From Haliotis rubra (Eukaryota): a stretch of DNA of 64,000 nucleotides. Positions 1 through 13,150 of this stretch are shown here, piece by piece (within the stretch, counting starts at the first letter, position 1; each line of letters begins with the position of its first letter). The notes beneath the pieces were generated by a model. That model searched no databases. It was not told where the DNA came from and saw only the letters and a program-made list of their open reading frames with translations. The DNA lies in assembly GCF_003918875.1 (NCBI RefSeq), contig NW_025764892.1, positions 4,092,001 through 4,156,000 on the forward strand. The letters run 5' to 3'. The position numbers and the translations under genes were made by a program.

Positions 1-461
1 TACGAGTACACAACATTCCTGCAAGCTTCCAGCAGTATCCCTGGTTCACCTGCAAAACGTGGACTATTTTAAAAATATTTGACAGTCACAGATTCCAGAC
101 ATCCTTGAGTACACTGATGTATGTTATTGGGCCTGTGACCATGGTCATGATGGTTACTTACTGCTGTGTCCACTTAATTGACACATTCCATCCCATCTGT
201 AATTGTAACCCCAAAACTGTGTTTCAGGATAATTTGTTCATATTCATTTACCGTGTATATTACTGATTTTTCAATTTAGGTCTGGACAAACTGATTGATT
301 GTAATAAACGGCATGTCGATGAGCAATTATGAAAAAGAAAATCAGCAAATAGTAATTCACTAACAGTTTCAATATTTCTGTTGATATGGTTACCACTACA
401 ACAGATAACAGATCATATTTACCATAAACATAATAAACATGAAAAGATAACATAAACTCAC

Positions 462-527
462 TGATGAGAATGGCGATAACTGTCCATTTTGTTGTCTCAG
501 AAGTCTCTTCTCATAATCAGGATCCAT
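462..527 (-). CDS. FZR1: Fizzy-related protein (APC/C activator Cdh1), first coding exon; gene continues beyond the left window edge
   Basis: Minus strand ATG at 527 gives MDPDYEKRLLRQQNGQLSPFSS followed by a phase-0 GTGAGT donor at 461. This closely resembles the FZR1 N-terminus (human MDQDYERRLLRQ). Exon acceptor is CTACAG| at 621. A probable non-coding first exon ends at the G|GTAAGT donor at 3932/3931. Only 22 codons are visible. Confidence 0.7.
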
Positions 528-1046
528 GTTCACTGCAGATTCTCGAGTCTAGAGAGTGTTTAATTGCCAAGCAAATGGCAGGGTTGTCACTTTATGTTCT
601 TGTCACCATTTGATCTTCGACCTGTAGATCATAATGAGACATAGCATGTACACTGTTATGTAATAAACAATAAAATAATATATAACAAATACATGTATTC
701 AGCACTTTAATCCCATTTTCATTAGTGTTGGGAATTGGTTGAAATCTCTCTCTGATGATTGGTTCTTAACTAACAAGCAATCATAGAAAAAGATTGGTCA
801 CGGTAATTTTCACTTTCCGTATCAGATTATTACTGCAGATAAGTGTAAAGAAAAAAAACATGTTGTTATCTTGTTTTGTTTTTTGTTATATTTAGAAACT
901 GCACAAGTTGCATTTGCAAATTTAACATCCAATGTAAAATTGTGCATCTTGCTACTTTGATGACTAATATATCATTAACATGAACTTCCCAGAGTGTTCA
1001 AGATACATTCAGTCACGTGTTTCAAACACTAAAACAGTAGTCCAAA

Positions 1047-1492
1047 TAGGGCTGCAACGAATACACTATGTGGCAAATATGATACATATCATGAATATTG
1101 GGTAACGATTAGGAATAGTTATTCACGAATACAGTATTGTTGTTAAGTGATTGATGTACAATATGGTACGCCCATGTTGACAGTTTTGATTTGTCACAGC
1201 AATAACCAGTGATCTCATGACACTCAAATTTGATATGTAATAGTTATAGTCGACAGTACCATGTGCGGCCTTGGCAAACTAACATGACTTGCGCACTGCA
1301 AGGCTAGTACATATTCAATCCTTGCATATCTCACTTTCCAAAAGTACACAAGGGTTCAAGTAAAACATGCTCCCTTAAAAAAATCGTAAATATTCATTAG
1401 TATTCGGTTCTGGTGACCACGAATAACGAATTGAATTCATGAAGGGCTACGGTTCGATTCACCGAATATGCGAGTGAATCGTTACAGCCTTA
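1047..1492. mobile_element. hAT-like non-autonomous element (MITE)
   Basis: TIRs TAGGGCTGCAACGA / TCGTTACAGCCTTA with an imperfect 8-bp TSD (agtccaaa/gttccaaa). Partial copies at ~2626-2852 and ~46700-46804. Confidence 0.7.
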
Positions 1493-1789
1493 GTTCCAAA
1501 ATTGTTTGTATTTGATTATGAGCAAAGCTGATTGATTGCTCGGTTGTTTGGTCACTGTTACCAGCCTTCGATTATTTCAATTAATCGGAACACCACTAAC
1601 TTTCATTCAACAAAAACTGATCACTGTCAATGTTTAATTATATATTTATATTTGATATGCCTAGATATCTGTTGGGTTCATTGTCAGCACATGTACCCAA
1701 AAAATGTCTGTACCTTTTCCCCAGCTGGTAGTTAAAGCACCAGCAGGCTTCAAGCACATGGTTCTATGATTGTATTGGACTTGTGACCA

Positions 1790-1972
1790 CGGTCCAATTG
1801 CACTGACGATCTTAACGCTACAATTATTGTAAATCATAAAGATCGCGATCTTGGGCTTCGGCTACAATCGCCATCCACTTGCATAAAGCGATTGTAAGCT
1901 AAGATCATTGTAAGTTACAATCGAAACTTACAGTTGGTCCGGACCAATTGTAAGGAGCTAAGATCATTGTAG
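1790..1972. mobile_element. Degenerate palindromic MITE
   Basis: Internal inverted motifs GATCTTAACGCTACAAT / ATTGTAAGCTAAGATC, repeated. Confidence 0.4.
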
Positions 1973-3100
1973 TCTGTGACAAAATGGTGTCTGTTTCACG
2001 CAAATAATCAGCTTTACGTTTGGAGATTGCTTTTATATTGCATAAAACTGTGTGGTTCGCACTTCAACTTCAACAACACGGAGAATGCACAACTGATTTA
2101 ACGTCGGCTTCATTATTTTTTGCTGTAGTGAACCAAACAACTATTGAGTCGATATCACATAGTACTAGTCCCGCCCGTTTCAATCTTGGAATAAGTGTGA
2201 AACAACATACCTTTTTGATAATCAAGGAAAGGATAATAGCAAATGGTGTCTGCGCGGGATTAGCAATGGCTGTGACCTTTTCAAAAACTCAAGGGCAGCT
2301 AATCTTAGTTTATACGCAAGATCAGAGTGGTTTCCCTTGGTATATCATGCCGTTGCCGTAGAGTCTGCCATGCCCAATGTATTTAATATTGTGCATGTGA
2401 CATCGAAGAGCTCCACATATATTTCTTTTCGGTCACATTAGTGTCAGTGATTTTGTCTTAGTTTATCGTTGAAATAATCCACAATTAGATGACGTGCAAA
2501 ATCAAGTTTCTTTCTCATTCTTAAATTTGAAATTCAGTCGGACGAGAGACGAGGGGTTTTATTCTATGCATATAAAACATTATACAAGTACTCATCAAAC
2601 AAGAAAAAGCACTTGCTGAGGTATTTGAATACACCATGTGGCGAATATGATACGTTTCATGAATATTGGGTAAAATACGAATATTTATTCACAAATACAA
2701 TATTGTAGTTAAGTGATTGATGTACAATATCGACACCCATGTTGACAATTATGATTTGTCACAGCAATAACCAGAGATCTCATGACACTCCAATTTGGTA
2801 TGTAAGTAATAGTTATGGTCGACAGCACCATGTGCAGTCTTGGCAAACTAACTACTAACTGAAAATTTCAGTTTGAGGCATTTCGGTTCATTCCAAGCCA
2901 CGCGGTTTCTTGTAGATTACGGAAAAAAGACGAGTGTGCCAAATGGCATCGGGTCCATTCGGCAATTGTCCGTAGATTAAAATCACGAGACACCAAGTCT
3001 ACCCGTAACCTTCGTAATTGTCCGTGACCTATTCGACTCTTTCCGTTCATTTCCGTGACGTCACAGGAATGACTCGATAAATTTGCACACTGTGTAACAG

Positions 3101-3170
3101 TGTGGACGTAGCTCAGTCGGTTAGCTGTCGAGCTAACAATCCGAAAGTCGCGGGTTCTCGTACGACGGGT
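3101..3170 (+). pseudogene. tRNA-like remnant (Ile/Val-like; possibly a SINE head)
   Basis: A-box TAGCTCAGTCGG, anticodon-loop-like CTAACAA and GTCGCGGGTTC. T-arm and acceptor stem are broken. Confidence 0.4.
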
Positions 3171-3931
3171 TCTCACAAACTGGTTGCTTGTCTTAATGAC
3201 ACGTGACCCACGGCAGAGATTGTCCTCAAGAGAAGTTGTGCTGTATTCTAAAGGTGCTCCAAAATATGTACATTTTAAGAATACTATATAAACTGTGGCA
3301 ATAGTATTATTAACATCACTGAAGTCAGGATTGCCGGGAGATTACGGTAATCAAATACTTGTTGCATTGTTTCATGCATTATGAAAATAGATAATGCTGT
3401 ACATATATTGCCACACTAGGGTCCATTATTTAACAGTGAAAGAGAACAGTGCTAACAGATGACACGTTGAACCAAGGAGACTCTTTGCATCAAGTTCTGG
3501 TTAAAATGGTTAAGAATGGACATTCAAATACTGGCTTCTAACTAACTCTATCAAAAAGCAAATATCCTTTAACTGAGAACGTTATTCCTGGATCTGCTTA
3601 GACTTAGAGATGGTTGTAGTAATTTTGAAACCGATGCAAGTTTAGTACAACATATTGAGATGTCTGCCCATTTCACACGCAATGCAGACTATGACAAAGC
3701 GTTAACTGCAAAAGCAAAATAGTAGTCTCATCTTTTCCGAGTACTTGAACTAACCAAACACTGAGAGGCGTTGCTTCGCTATCGAATGTAACTTCAGAGT
3801 GTTTCTGTTTTTCAAGTTAACTCACTGCGAAAACGAGCGAAAAATAGATATAACACATTACTAAATAATTTTTTAAAAGTGCTCTTCTCATTGATCGAAA
3901 TAAATTCAAAATGCACACCTTATTAACTTAC

Positions 3932-4224
3932 CAAAAGGATTATTTGTTAATCCAGATGTGCTAAAATCAAAAATTATTCCTACGTTGACAAAGTTTGTTG
4001 TTCTACTCCAGCAAGATGGCGTCGGTTGCAATGCATGATGGGAGTTAGTTGTTCATCGTGAAATATGTCTAAATCTACTTTACAACTGAAATGCTTGAGT
4101 TTGAATATGTTTTACTTTATAAGAAATGTACAGCTTATATTTTGATAAAAATAAATGCTATTTGTATTTTCGAGCAAAAGCACTTCCTTAGCAACCAAGG
4201 GTGGCAACGTTATCATTATCCAAG
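3932..4224. promoter_or_regulatory. Putative bidirectional promoter FZR1/FAM183A with RFX X-box-like sites
   Basis: Divergent first exons lie about 300 bp apart. YY1-like CAAGATGGCG at ~4012-4021. X-box-like CTTCCTTAGCAAC at 4183-4195 and half-site TGGCAAC at 4202-4208, just upstream of a ciliary gene ATG. Confidence 0.5.
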
Positions 4225-7200
4225 ATGGCAGCAGCAGGGGAAGGGCGCAGTGAAAGAACCCCAGAACGTTGTTCACCAAAATGCAATATTATGTGAAACT
4301 ATTAGAAAGGAGCAAAGGCATCAGAAGATTTACACGAACTACAGTGTAAATCCATACAAAAAGAGTAAGTAAAAGATTCGCAACTACTAAAAACACCACA
4401 GTATATTTGATTGAAATTATTGATGACTGTGTGAAGAACTTCAAGAAGGACCATCACAATATGCCCTGAATAAGTATAGGTGGGTCTCCTATTCTCTCGG
4501 GTTTCCTATTCTCGCGGTAAATACGTTTTTCTGCCGAAATCGCCGATACGTTACACTTAGCGGTTGTTTACATCACCGACTGGTAACTATATGAAGTGGA
4601 CCAAGTCGGTGAATGATCAAAATCTTGCAAGTTGCAGTGTCACGAATATTGGGGAGTTTATACCAACTTCGATATAATCATTACTTTTCCCCGCCCTTTC
4701 CGGCAGGATTGCTCTTACATACACTCAATAACGTTAATTCCTGGTAATACCGCGAGAATGGGAGAAGCCTCGTTTCGTCAATGGCGGATGGCATTGTTTA
4801 TCACCGGGCTCACGAGTGGTAATTCACCTGATGTATCTGGCAGATGTTAGAGAAGTCCCTTCATTTAAAAACAACAAGCAGGAATACGATAAGAATTGTT
4901 TGTGTAAATTTTTCAGCCAATATCCGTAAGTACCGCGTGAATAGGAAACACCTTCCTAGATCATAGCTCTTCATAATGCTTGCTATCTAGACTCTATATT
5001 CAAACTACTGATTCGCTATTACATTGAGAGAATACAACCATATATATTCACTGTCAAGTTAAACTTTATCATGTCTCAAGCATTATCACCTGAGTGACCC
5101 CCCCATCTTCAAGAAAGGTAACAGGCACCTTGCCAGCAACTGTCGTCCAGTTTCGCTTACTTGTGTCTGTGCGAAGAACATATTATTTGCCGACACTTAA
5201 TGTCACATCTGGAGAAGTATAATATCTTAACTAACCTACAGCACAGCTTCAGTTCGGGGCACTCTTGTGAATCTCAGTTACTACTTACATCCCGTGATAT
5301 TATGTCAGTGTATGACATGAAACAACAAGTCGACCTCACCATACTAGATTTTTGCAAAGCATTTGACACTGTAGTCCCCCATAAGAAGCTGTTATACAAA
5401 CTGGAGAGTGAGGCATCAATAACAATTTATTAACATGGATCAAGTCATTCTTAACAACAAGAACCCAATGCGTTGTAGTAGAAGGATAGAGTCATGTCTT
5501 GAAACCCCATCGCAGCTCTCGGCTTATAATTAATTTACAGTGATTCAAGTATCATTGTTTATTGACTGGCAAAGCTGGTGTTTTAAGTGTGCAATTTCCC
5601 AGCTTTGGAAAACTCTTTTACCGAAATGTTAACCTTTTAATTCAGTTTAATACTTATCTTCTAGGATATATAATATAACTGACCACATGATGAGAATGCC
5701 AGTATATTTTGTACTGTTCTCTTGTGCAGGGTTTGCTTCTAGGCTATTGCTTCTAGGCTATTGCATTTAAAGAAATGATCAAACATACAGTTCTCTACAC
5801 TGTTACTTCAGAGGACCCTTGTATTTCCTGCAAGGGCCCTTAAACTAATAATTAGGGTTCTAGGACCCCCATGTTTGTGAGTTGAGGTAAAAACCTGTGT
5901 ACCATAAGTTATATTGTCCCTCAATGACATAGATCTATCTACAATGACAAGCAGCAGTTTTCTCTTAATAGTCCAGTCAAAATGTGACAAAACCTCCAAA
6001 TAATTGGTACAGAAATGATTTGAGTGTTTTCAACATGTTTAAGTTATAACTAATGAGTATAAAAAAGTCCTCCCTTGAAATATGAAGCTAAGTCCTATTT
6101 TGGGGGGTAAAAGGTTTAAAAATTGAAATCTTCAGTAAACAATTTTTAAAATCTCATATTGAGACACAAATTTACCTTTTTATATATATATTTTTAAAGA
6201 GTACTCAAGGTACTACCAATAGATGAATTAGAAAAGTCAAATGATGTTATCCGAAGTCCTATTTTGGGGTAAAAGTTAAAAAATTGAAATTTTCAGAGAA
6301 TATTTCAACAACTTCATATTGAGACAAAAATGTACTTTTTATGGAGAGAACACAAGGCATTACTAATACATGGGTTATAAAAGTCAAATAGATGTATGCT
6401 AGATCCTATTATGGGGTAGAAAAATTGAAAATCTCATACTGAGACCCAGGTGTACTTTTATATGCATATTTTCAGAGGACACATGGAACTACAAATACAT
6501 GGACTGGAAAAGTCAAATTTTGAATAAAACCATAGATAAAAGACTTTTCAGAGCATATATTTTCTATTTTCAAGGGTAAAATAAACACAACTTCAGGAAC
6601 ATGCAATTTAGTTCCTCTTTTTGCCTCATCAAAGTTATGATTAATCTGAAAGGGAACTATCCTCTATCAATATGGAGAAGCTGTTATATATCTAAAACCA
6701 ACACATATTCATTCATAAACTTTGAACAGAGAGAGAGATCAAGTTATGAACTTGAGCCCTGTGCTATTTTAAGATGTTGAAATGTGTATTTATTGTTTCC
6801 TTGCCAATACGTTTGACTTTGTCCATGGTAGTATACTTGAAGCGGATATATCCAAACCCAATAGGAGTTCAGTTAAGAAACTAAGTGGTGCCTTTGCTCT
6901 CCAGGTAGTTGTTCATGACACTACGTTTACTAAAAGAAGAGTGTATTTATTGCTAAAGACTGAAATCCACATCAATATATTTCTGCTGTAACCTCATGGA
7001 ACCGATTGAAGTACAGGGGACCAGATCATGCATGATGGAAGTTCCATGTCAACATATGAGTGACAAATTCTCACAGTAAATCCATTACAGTGTCCTATGT
7101 GAGATATTATCTGTCGAATACAACCAGCTGACTTCCACGTGAATATGAATCTGTGTAGATTACTTGACTCTGGTTAACCTAATATATGTGGCTTGTCTAG

Positions 7201-10200
7201 ACCGCTCACACACACGTAAGTTGAGCAAATACAGCTTTGAGTCTGGGATCCAGGTTAACCCATGCTTGTCGTAAGAGGCGACTAATGGGATCGGGTGGTC
7301 AGGCTCGCTGACTTGGTTGACATGTGTCATGGTATCCCATTTGCATAGATCAATGCTCATACTGTTGATTACTGGATTGTCTGGTCCAGACTTGATTATT
7401 TACAGACCGCCGCCATAGCTGTAATATTGCTGAGTGCAGCGTAAAACTAAACTCACTCACTCACCCATACATAGTTGTACACAATGAACAAAAGTGCGTC
7501 CAGTAAGGGGTAAGCACAATAAAGAGAACAGCAAAAGGGTATCGCGGAACACAGGGAACTTCAAAACTTCTAGTCTGATATATTTTCACTGTCAGTGACA
7601 ACTGAAATAACATTTTCACTCACTACAAGGAGCGTAAGTTAATGATTTTTCCAATTTTAAGAAAAAGATGTTTTTCAGTAAAAATATGTGTTATATATCT
7701 AATTTATGTGAATCAGTTTCAAGTTTTTTCATGAAGATTTCAGTCTGTTTTTTAAATGATTTCAAATCAGATAAAAAAAAATACCAGTTATACTATAAAT
7801 ATTTGCAAGGGTTCACCCAATTCTGCTCACATAAGTGGGGCGGTGGGGTAGCCTAGTGGTTAAAGCGTTCGCTCGTCATGCTGAAAACCCGGGTTTGATT
7901 CCCCAAATGGGTACAATGTGTGAAGCCCTTTTCTATTGTCCCCCGTGTGATATTGCTTGCATATTGCTAAAAGCGGCGTAAAAATATATTCACTCACTCT
8001 GCTCACATAATAATATGTAGTTGCCAGTTAAAGTTAAAAGAGAACAAACTTATCCTTCAATCACCTTTTGAATTTTAAAAAAAATTAATAGCATAGTAAA
8101 TATAAATGGTATCATATTTTCCTAATCTATCATTCTGGCATATGTTTCTTCAAGTTCTGCTAAATCCTGATACAGAATGTCCCATTTATCACCAAGGTGT
8201 GTAGTCTTACATGACCGCAGTGCATATATATAGTTCTTATTATGGGAGCAGAATCACCCCAGTCCTCCTCCTCATCACTTTTAATTGTAGCTTTTAGCTG
8301 TCTTTTTAATCCTTTATCTATTTGGTGAACTATTGCCTAATCTAGTTTGAGTTTTATAAAAGATATAACCTTTCCTTTCCATTCTGCTACTTCAAGCTAT
8401 TGTAAACCAAGGGGAGATAACTCTCATTTACTTGTTTCCAGTGTGCTGGAGTGTCCAAAATCCAAGTTCAAACCTCATGTCATAAATTGTTTTCAGTTTT
8501 AATTTTCATTATTTACTATTCTGTATGCTTCAGGTGTATGTTTTGCAGGATTTTATACCATTTTCTGGACTTAGTTTCAGATTTTCAAAAAATAATTGAA
8601 AAATACTATTTTTCATAGTTTTTGCCCTCAAAAAGACACTTAGCATCAACATCCAAGGGAGGACTTTTTATATATTGTTTCTATAACTATTGTAAACGAT
8701 ATAAACACAAAACCATATCTGTACCAATTGTTTGGAGGTTCAGTGTTTTTTCCACTAATTTTACTGGACTATTACACGTAATCCATTAACAAGTTCAACT
8801 TTGCACTGACAATGCACGAAAATTCATTATACATTACTGATAATAAATTTTGAATGCATCTTAAATTATTTGTCTTTCTTTTCAGTTCATGTAATAACAG
8901 GGAAACCTAACTCCAAACATGACACAGAAGAAGGAGAAGAAGACAGTAAGTTTAGTTTCTGAGATATTGTAGGAGAACATCCAGTGAATGACAAACCATG
9001 AATCTGTGATCCACAGTATCTACTTTTCTGTGCAACAAAACCAGTGTTCTTAAATTCAGAGATATTATTTACAGATGATGAGGGGCTTATGCACTTTAAC
9101 TGTGAATCCATGCTCCTTTAACAATCTAGGGAAGAAAGGGTACCAGTTACTAAAGGGAGCCAACAATTGGTTTTCAGGGAGATGATCTGAACATATTATC
9201 AGAACTTGTTTCAGGACATGTATTGTAAGTGCATTTGTGTGGTTGAGAAATTTGTTTCAAAGTACTTAGAGAAAAATTGATTGTTATCGAATATTTATTT
9301 GACATATCAGTTTACTGAGGATCCGGTGTTAAAGGGAATAAGGATAACTATTGCAAGGTTTGTCAATGAACCAACTGAGAGGACCAGTGTGTTCATGACT
9401 GGGAAGCTCTCTACCTACCCAATGGATGTTCATGTGAAAATGAGTATTTTCCTCTGAATTGCATGCTAACACTCAAACTTGATTCTTGGAAGAGAGTCCA
9501 CCTTGGGGTACTTATAAGCATTTAAATGTCATTTTAAATCCCTACGACAGTTGTAACTATATTTGAATAAAATATTTACAAAACTCGTTTTCGTTTTGTT
9601 CAACCACCCCTACACCTCTACAGGTTTGTTCAAATTTATTTGGTTCACACTGTGACATTTTGTTACCTGTTCCGGTCATTATTTGTAACATACATAAGCA
9701 CCCTTAACAGTGTGATTTTGACAACTTGATAAGCTGAATGAATTCTGTTTTCAGGTCATTTCTTGTCAGTCATCAACAGAGCATCCCTGGAACCGGTGAA
9801 GAAATATGACTTTCCTCAAACAGAGTCGCAGGAATATGGATGGACGACAAAGCCATTTGTAAGGTTGTTTTAGATATTTGCAGCAGTTAAAGTAGTATTA
9901 TTATGTTACACTTTGGTTACAGGTACAGGAAAGAAACTGCATATACAAAGACCATTCTTTTACTCAAACATAACCATCTTGTACAACTTTTAAAAATGAA
10001 ATTTATGGAAAGCAGTTTTTATTTAGTCGATAGAAACAAATATATCAGTTTTCTTCTCCCTTTTAAAAAATGTAATCAGGCGAAGCAATGATCCATGTAG
10101 GAGACAAAGGTTTTGTTGTTATTCATGAAGTAACCAGCCCCATACTTGTATGTTCCCATTTATTGGTGGGGGCATGGGGCAGCTGCTGATGGGTGTCACC

Positions 10201-10670
10201 ACAGCTGTAAATGTCAGACACATGCACTACTTTGAGCTGTTCTCTGACATAAAGCTGTCATGCTGTGATATAACTGGGATGCCCATGCTTGTCGTGAGAG
10301 TGACTAATGGGATTGGGTGGTCAGGCTCGCTGACTGCGTTGACCACCAATTGTAAAGATCGATGTTCATGATGTTGATCCCTGGATTGTCTGGTCCAGAC
10401 TCGATTATTATATACAGATCGCCGCCATATAGCTGGAATTTTGCTTAGTGTGGCGTAAAACTAAACTCACTCACTTTTTTTACTCACTCACTGGTAAAAG
10501 CTACATTAAACTCACCTTACTCACTCGTATATACCATACCATAATTTCCATTTCAGATTCCCAGAGACCCTACAGACAAGAGGCTGTCTTTCCACAAGTG
10601 CAACACTGCCATCACCAAGTACAATGACAAGGCATGGGGCGAGAAGGAACAGCGGGAGAACATGAACTAG
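4225..10670 (+). CDS. FAM183A: Cilia- and flagella-associated protein FAM183A/CFAP144 (~138 aa, 4 exons)
   Basis: Exons 4225-4364, 8886-8945, 9755-9858 and 10557-10670, all GT-AG and phase-compatible: MAAAGKGAVKEPQNVVHQNAILCETIRKEQRHQKIYTNYSVNPYKKIHVITGKPNSKHD...EPVKKYDFPQTESQEYGW...ITKYNDKAW. Motifs match FAM183 (VHQN.I..E...KE; KKY..PQTE.QE.GW). Requires removing one G from GGGG at 4237-4240. Confidence 0.88.
4487..4952. mobile_element. Non-autonomous DNA transposon in FAM183A intron 1
   Basis: Inverted ends GGTTTCCTATTCTCGCGGTA / TACCGCGTGAATAGGAAACACC with reiterated subterminal CCTATTCTC motifs. Confidence 0.55.
5094..5487 (+). mobile_element. CR1/L2-type LINE reverse transcriptase fragment
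   Basis: VTPIFKKGNRH...RPVSLTCV, QHSF..GHSCESQL, LDFCKAFDTV.H..LL.KL, WIKSFLTTRTQCVVVEG, with frameshifts. Confidence 0.85.
7255..7463 (+). mobile_element. SINE family B (non-tRNA head, (ACTC)n tail)
   Basis: CCCATGCTTGTCGTAAGAGGCGACTAA...GTCTGGTCCAGACTC...GCGTAAAACTAAACTCACTC. Other copies at ~10282-10490, 14125-14333 (continued 15767-15810), 21469-21644, 31090-31245, 31948-32265, 41145-41426, 47636-47867, 62180-62363 and 63930-64000. Confidence 0.85.
7835..7997 (+). mobile_element. SINE family A (tRNA-derived, ~165 bp)
   Basis: A-box TAGCCTAGTGG, B-box GGTT(C/T)GATTCC, (ACTC)n tail, and 13-bp TSD TCTGCTCACATAA. About 20 copies, including ~18652-18801, 22266-22430, 29047-29212, 32664-32826, 38718-38888, 41826-41983, 48136-48281, 53255-53424, 55296-55460, 56455-56615, 58383-58513 and 60036-60190. 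Confidence 0.9.
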
Positions 10671-11614
10671 CCATACAACATGCAATTATAATTTATAGTT
10701 CACAATGTAGTTACTTTCTTTTGTAAATATACACACATTGTGTTCTCAACATTTATTATATCATTACCATGTTGCAAATTGATAAAATCAGATTTCTTTA
10801 AAGGAACTGGTAATTATAGTCTAGTGAAATCTTAGTATGCAAGTTACTTGTGAATTAGGCTGCAGATATGTTCTTTAAGTACAAATTGCAAATAATGACA
10901 ACAGATTAAAACTTAATATATAGCAATTTCTTAGGTACCTCATTGTAGTTTATTTCCAGTGTTTTAGATCATGAATTGGTCCAAATGCCAGAATGGTGTC
11001 AGTGAATATTCCTGATATTTTCCAAACCAGTATGTTACTTCAGGTATATAGCCAGTATGTTGGGTCTCCACACATGGTGTCAATAGGGTTATAGTTGTAG
11101 CTGTAATGTTAGCTCTGTATGTTCTCTGTGAGAGAACTTCATGTTTAGTGTACTATTTGATCTAACTCTATTTGAATCGTACACAATGTATTTTGTATTC
11201 AGACAATCATTTTGGAAGTATAAAATACTAAATGTTACACATTTTCAGTTAGACCTGCAATGATATTACATTTTCAAGGCTCTCAAGAGCTACTTTACCT
11301 TTAATTACCTAGTTTTTTTGTTTTCGATTATACAGATAGTATTATACGAGATGACTATTTCCTCTGAACAATGCCAACTGTATATACGTTTCAGGCAGCA
11401 CTCGTCAGCTGGAACTTGTTTGTGTGTATACTGATACTGTGTGAAAAGTCTTGATTGTATGTCTTGCATGAATGTATATTTTAGTTCACATGTAAAGGAC
11501 TTTTGTCAAACTAAAGAAATCCATTTTATCATGTTTTGTACTGTTGTTGTCTTTCCATTGATAATTTCAACTTGCAGCATAAGCTACACAGACAGCATTC
11601 TTCTGAAATGTTGA

Positions 11615-11915
11615 CTGCCTCTGTGGTGGTGGTTGGAGCGTCCGCCCCAGAGAGTGGGAGGTTGCGGGTTTGTCATACCATAAGACGTTAAAATATGGTA
11701 CTTTTTGTTCCCTGCCTGGTGCTCGGCATTAATTTGTAAAACAAGGACTGGTCGGCTGGGCGTCAGTATAATGTGTCTGAGTGGGGTATTCATGCTTAAC
11801 TGCAGCATGGTATCCCAGTGAGCTAGCACTATAAAACCAACTTAAGTCTGGGCATGTACAAGCAGCCACACATACATACCCATGTTGACGTTAGACCCCA
11901 TTTCACCTCACCACA
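11615..11915 (+). mobile_element. SINE family C (tRNA head plus Meta/MESC-like core)
   Basis: Core TGGTACTT...GGACTGGTCGGCT...CAGTATAATGTGTCTGAGTGG...CAGTGAGCTAGCACTATAAAA resembles the Meta/MESC molluscan SINE domain; (CCTCA)n tail. Confidence 0.7.
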
Positions 11916-12337
11916 CCTCTGAAATGTTGGTATGGCTTAAGGGTTCCTTGTACTGTACTTTAGATATAGTGTGGTGGTGTTTCCCAGCATCAATTTCACA
12001 AGTATCGAGTATCACAAGGAAGTGAACATGGTTTAATGCCACAGTTAGCAACATAACATCAGTTTCACAGTGACCTGTAAACAAGATGGTACTACTTTGA
12101 GTATCATCAGAGTATCAAGTTGGGAAGTTCAATATAGACAAACTTTATAGATAACAACTTCTTTTCTTTTGTTAGTGCAACATTTTAATACAGATTGTAG
12201 TGCCGTTGTCAAGCAGCAAATATTTCCTGCTTGACAACAGTACATTTGGTTTCCTGCTTGACATGGTACAACTATCTGTATTAACATGTTGCACTCACAA
12301 GACAAAAGAAATTGTTATCTAAAATATTTGTCCATAA

Positions 12338-12659
12338 GGCCAGACCAATTATATTTCTTGTTTTATAGATTTTTGTCCTCAGAAAACCGAAAGGCAGGAG
12401 GGAAAAAAATAAAAATAAAATTACCAGTAAAAGTAATATTCCTTCTAAATACTCAAAGTATTTTACTTTTGGCAATTTATGAAATGTGTATGGGGCAAAA
12501 AACAATGTAAAAAAATCCTTTTTGTGTAAGTTTACATTTTGGCCAAGAAAAACATCAGGATTTTATTTTTTGAGCGGGGAAAATTTATTATTTTTTTTTC
12601 TTATTCTTGAAAAATACGACAGGCGGATCCGTAAAACAAGAAATAAAATTGGTCTGGCC
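12338..12659. mobile_element. PIF/Harbinger-type MITE
   Basis: TIR GGCCAGACCAATT..ATTTCTTGTTTTA with TAA TSD. Near-identical copy at 30096-30425. Confidence 0.85.
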
Positions 12660-13150
12660 TAAAGATGGTACTTGTTGGTTCTGTGCCAGGCACTCGGCAA
12701 TATTGGGATAAAACAATGGCTGGATGGCTAAGAGTTGGTATACTGTGTCTGATGTACATGGCAAACTATGTACATGGCAAACTGTGGAGTGGGTGAACAC
12801 TGTACAAATAAACAAACAATGGAGAAAAGGTGTTAAAGTACTGTCGGAAATATATATGTAAAAAAAAAATGTTTTTAGACTGTTACTCTGTACCCCTAAA
12901 ATATACACAACTGCAAATAGCATATCTTGAAAATAACCCACATCGGCCTAACTGAGTACTCAGTGGGATGCGTAATAGGATATCCAGAAAAGCATGTTTA
13001 CTCGTAAAATCGCACAAAACTTAAAAAATCCCCCGAATAGCTGTTGAAAACAATAGATCAGACTATAGATGGCAATTAGGTAGCTCATCCAGGTGTGACA
13101 ACGGACCGTCGACTCCCTGGCATGGAATGCATGTGCTGCCTGTCGGCACA

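Larger units (their letters stand above)
5966..8774. mobile_element. Long-TIR non-autonomous DNA element with internal ~150-bp repeats and nested SINEs
   Basis: Inverted ends of ~115 bp (TAATAGTCCAGT...CCTCCAAA...GGTACAGA...AAAAAGTCCTCCCTTG) at 5966-6080 and 8650-8774. Three diverged tandem units at ~6085-6520. Confidence 0.55.

Noticed and set aside
1-281. Candidate further minus-strand exons (252-281, 163-197, 1-49) downstream of the FZR1 exon
   Set aside because: The first two introduce stops in the FZR1 frame, and none encodes the expected C-box (DRFIP) region. They cannot be supported.
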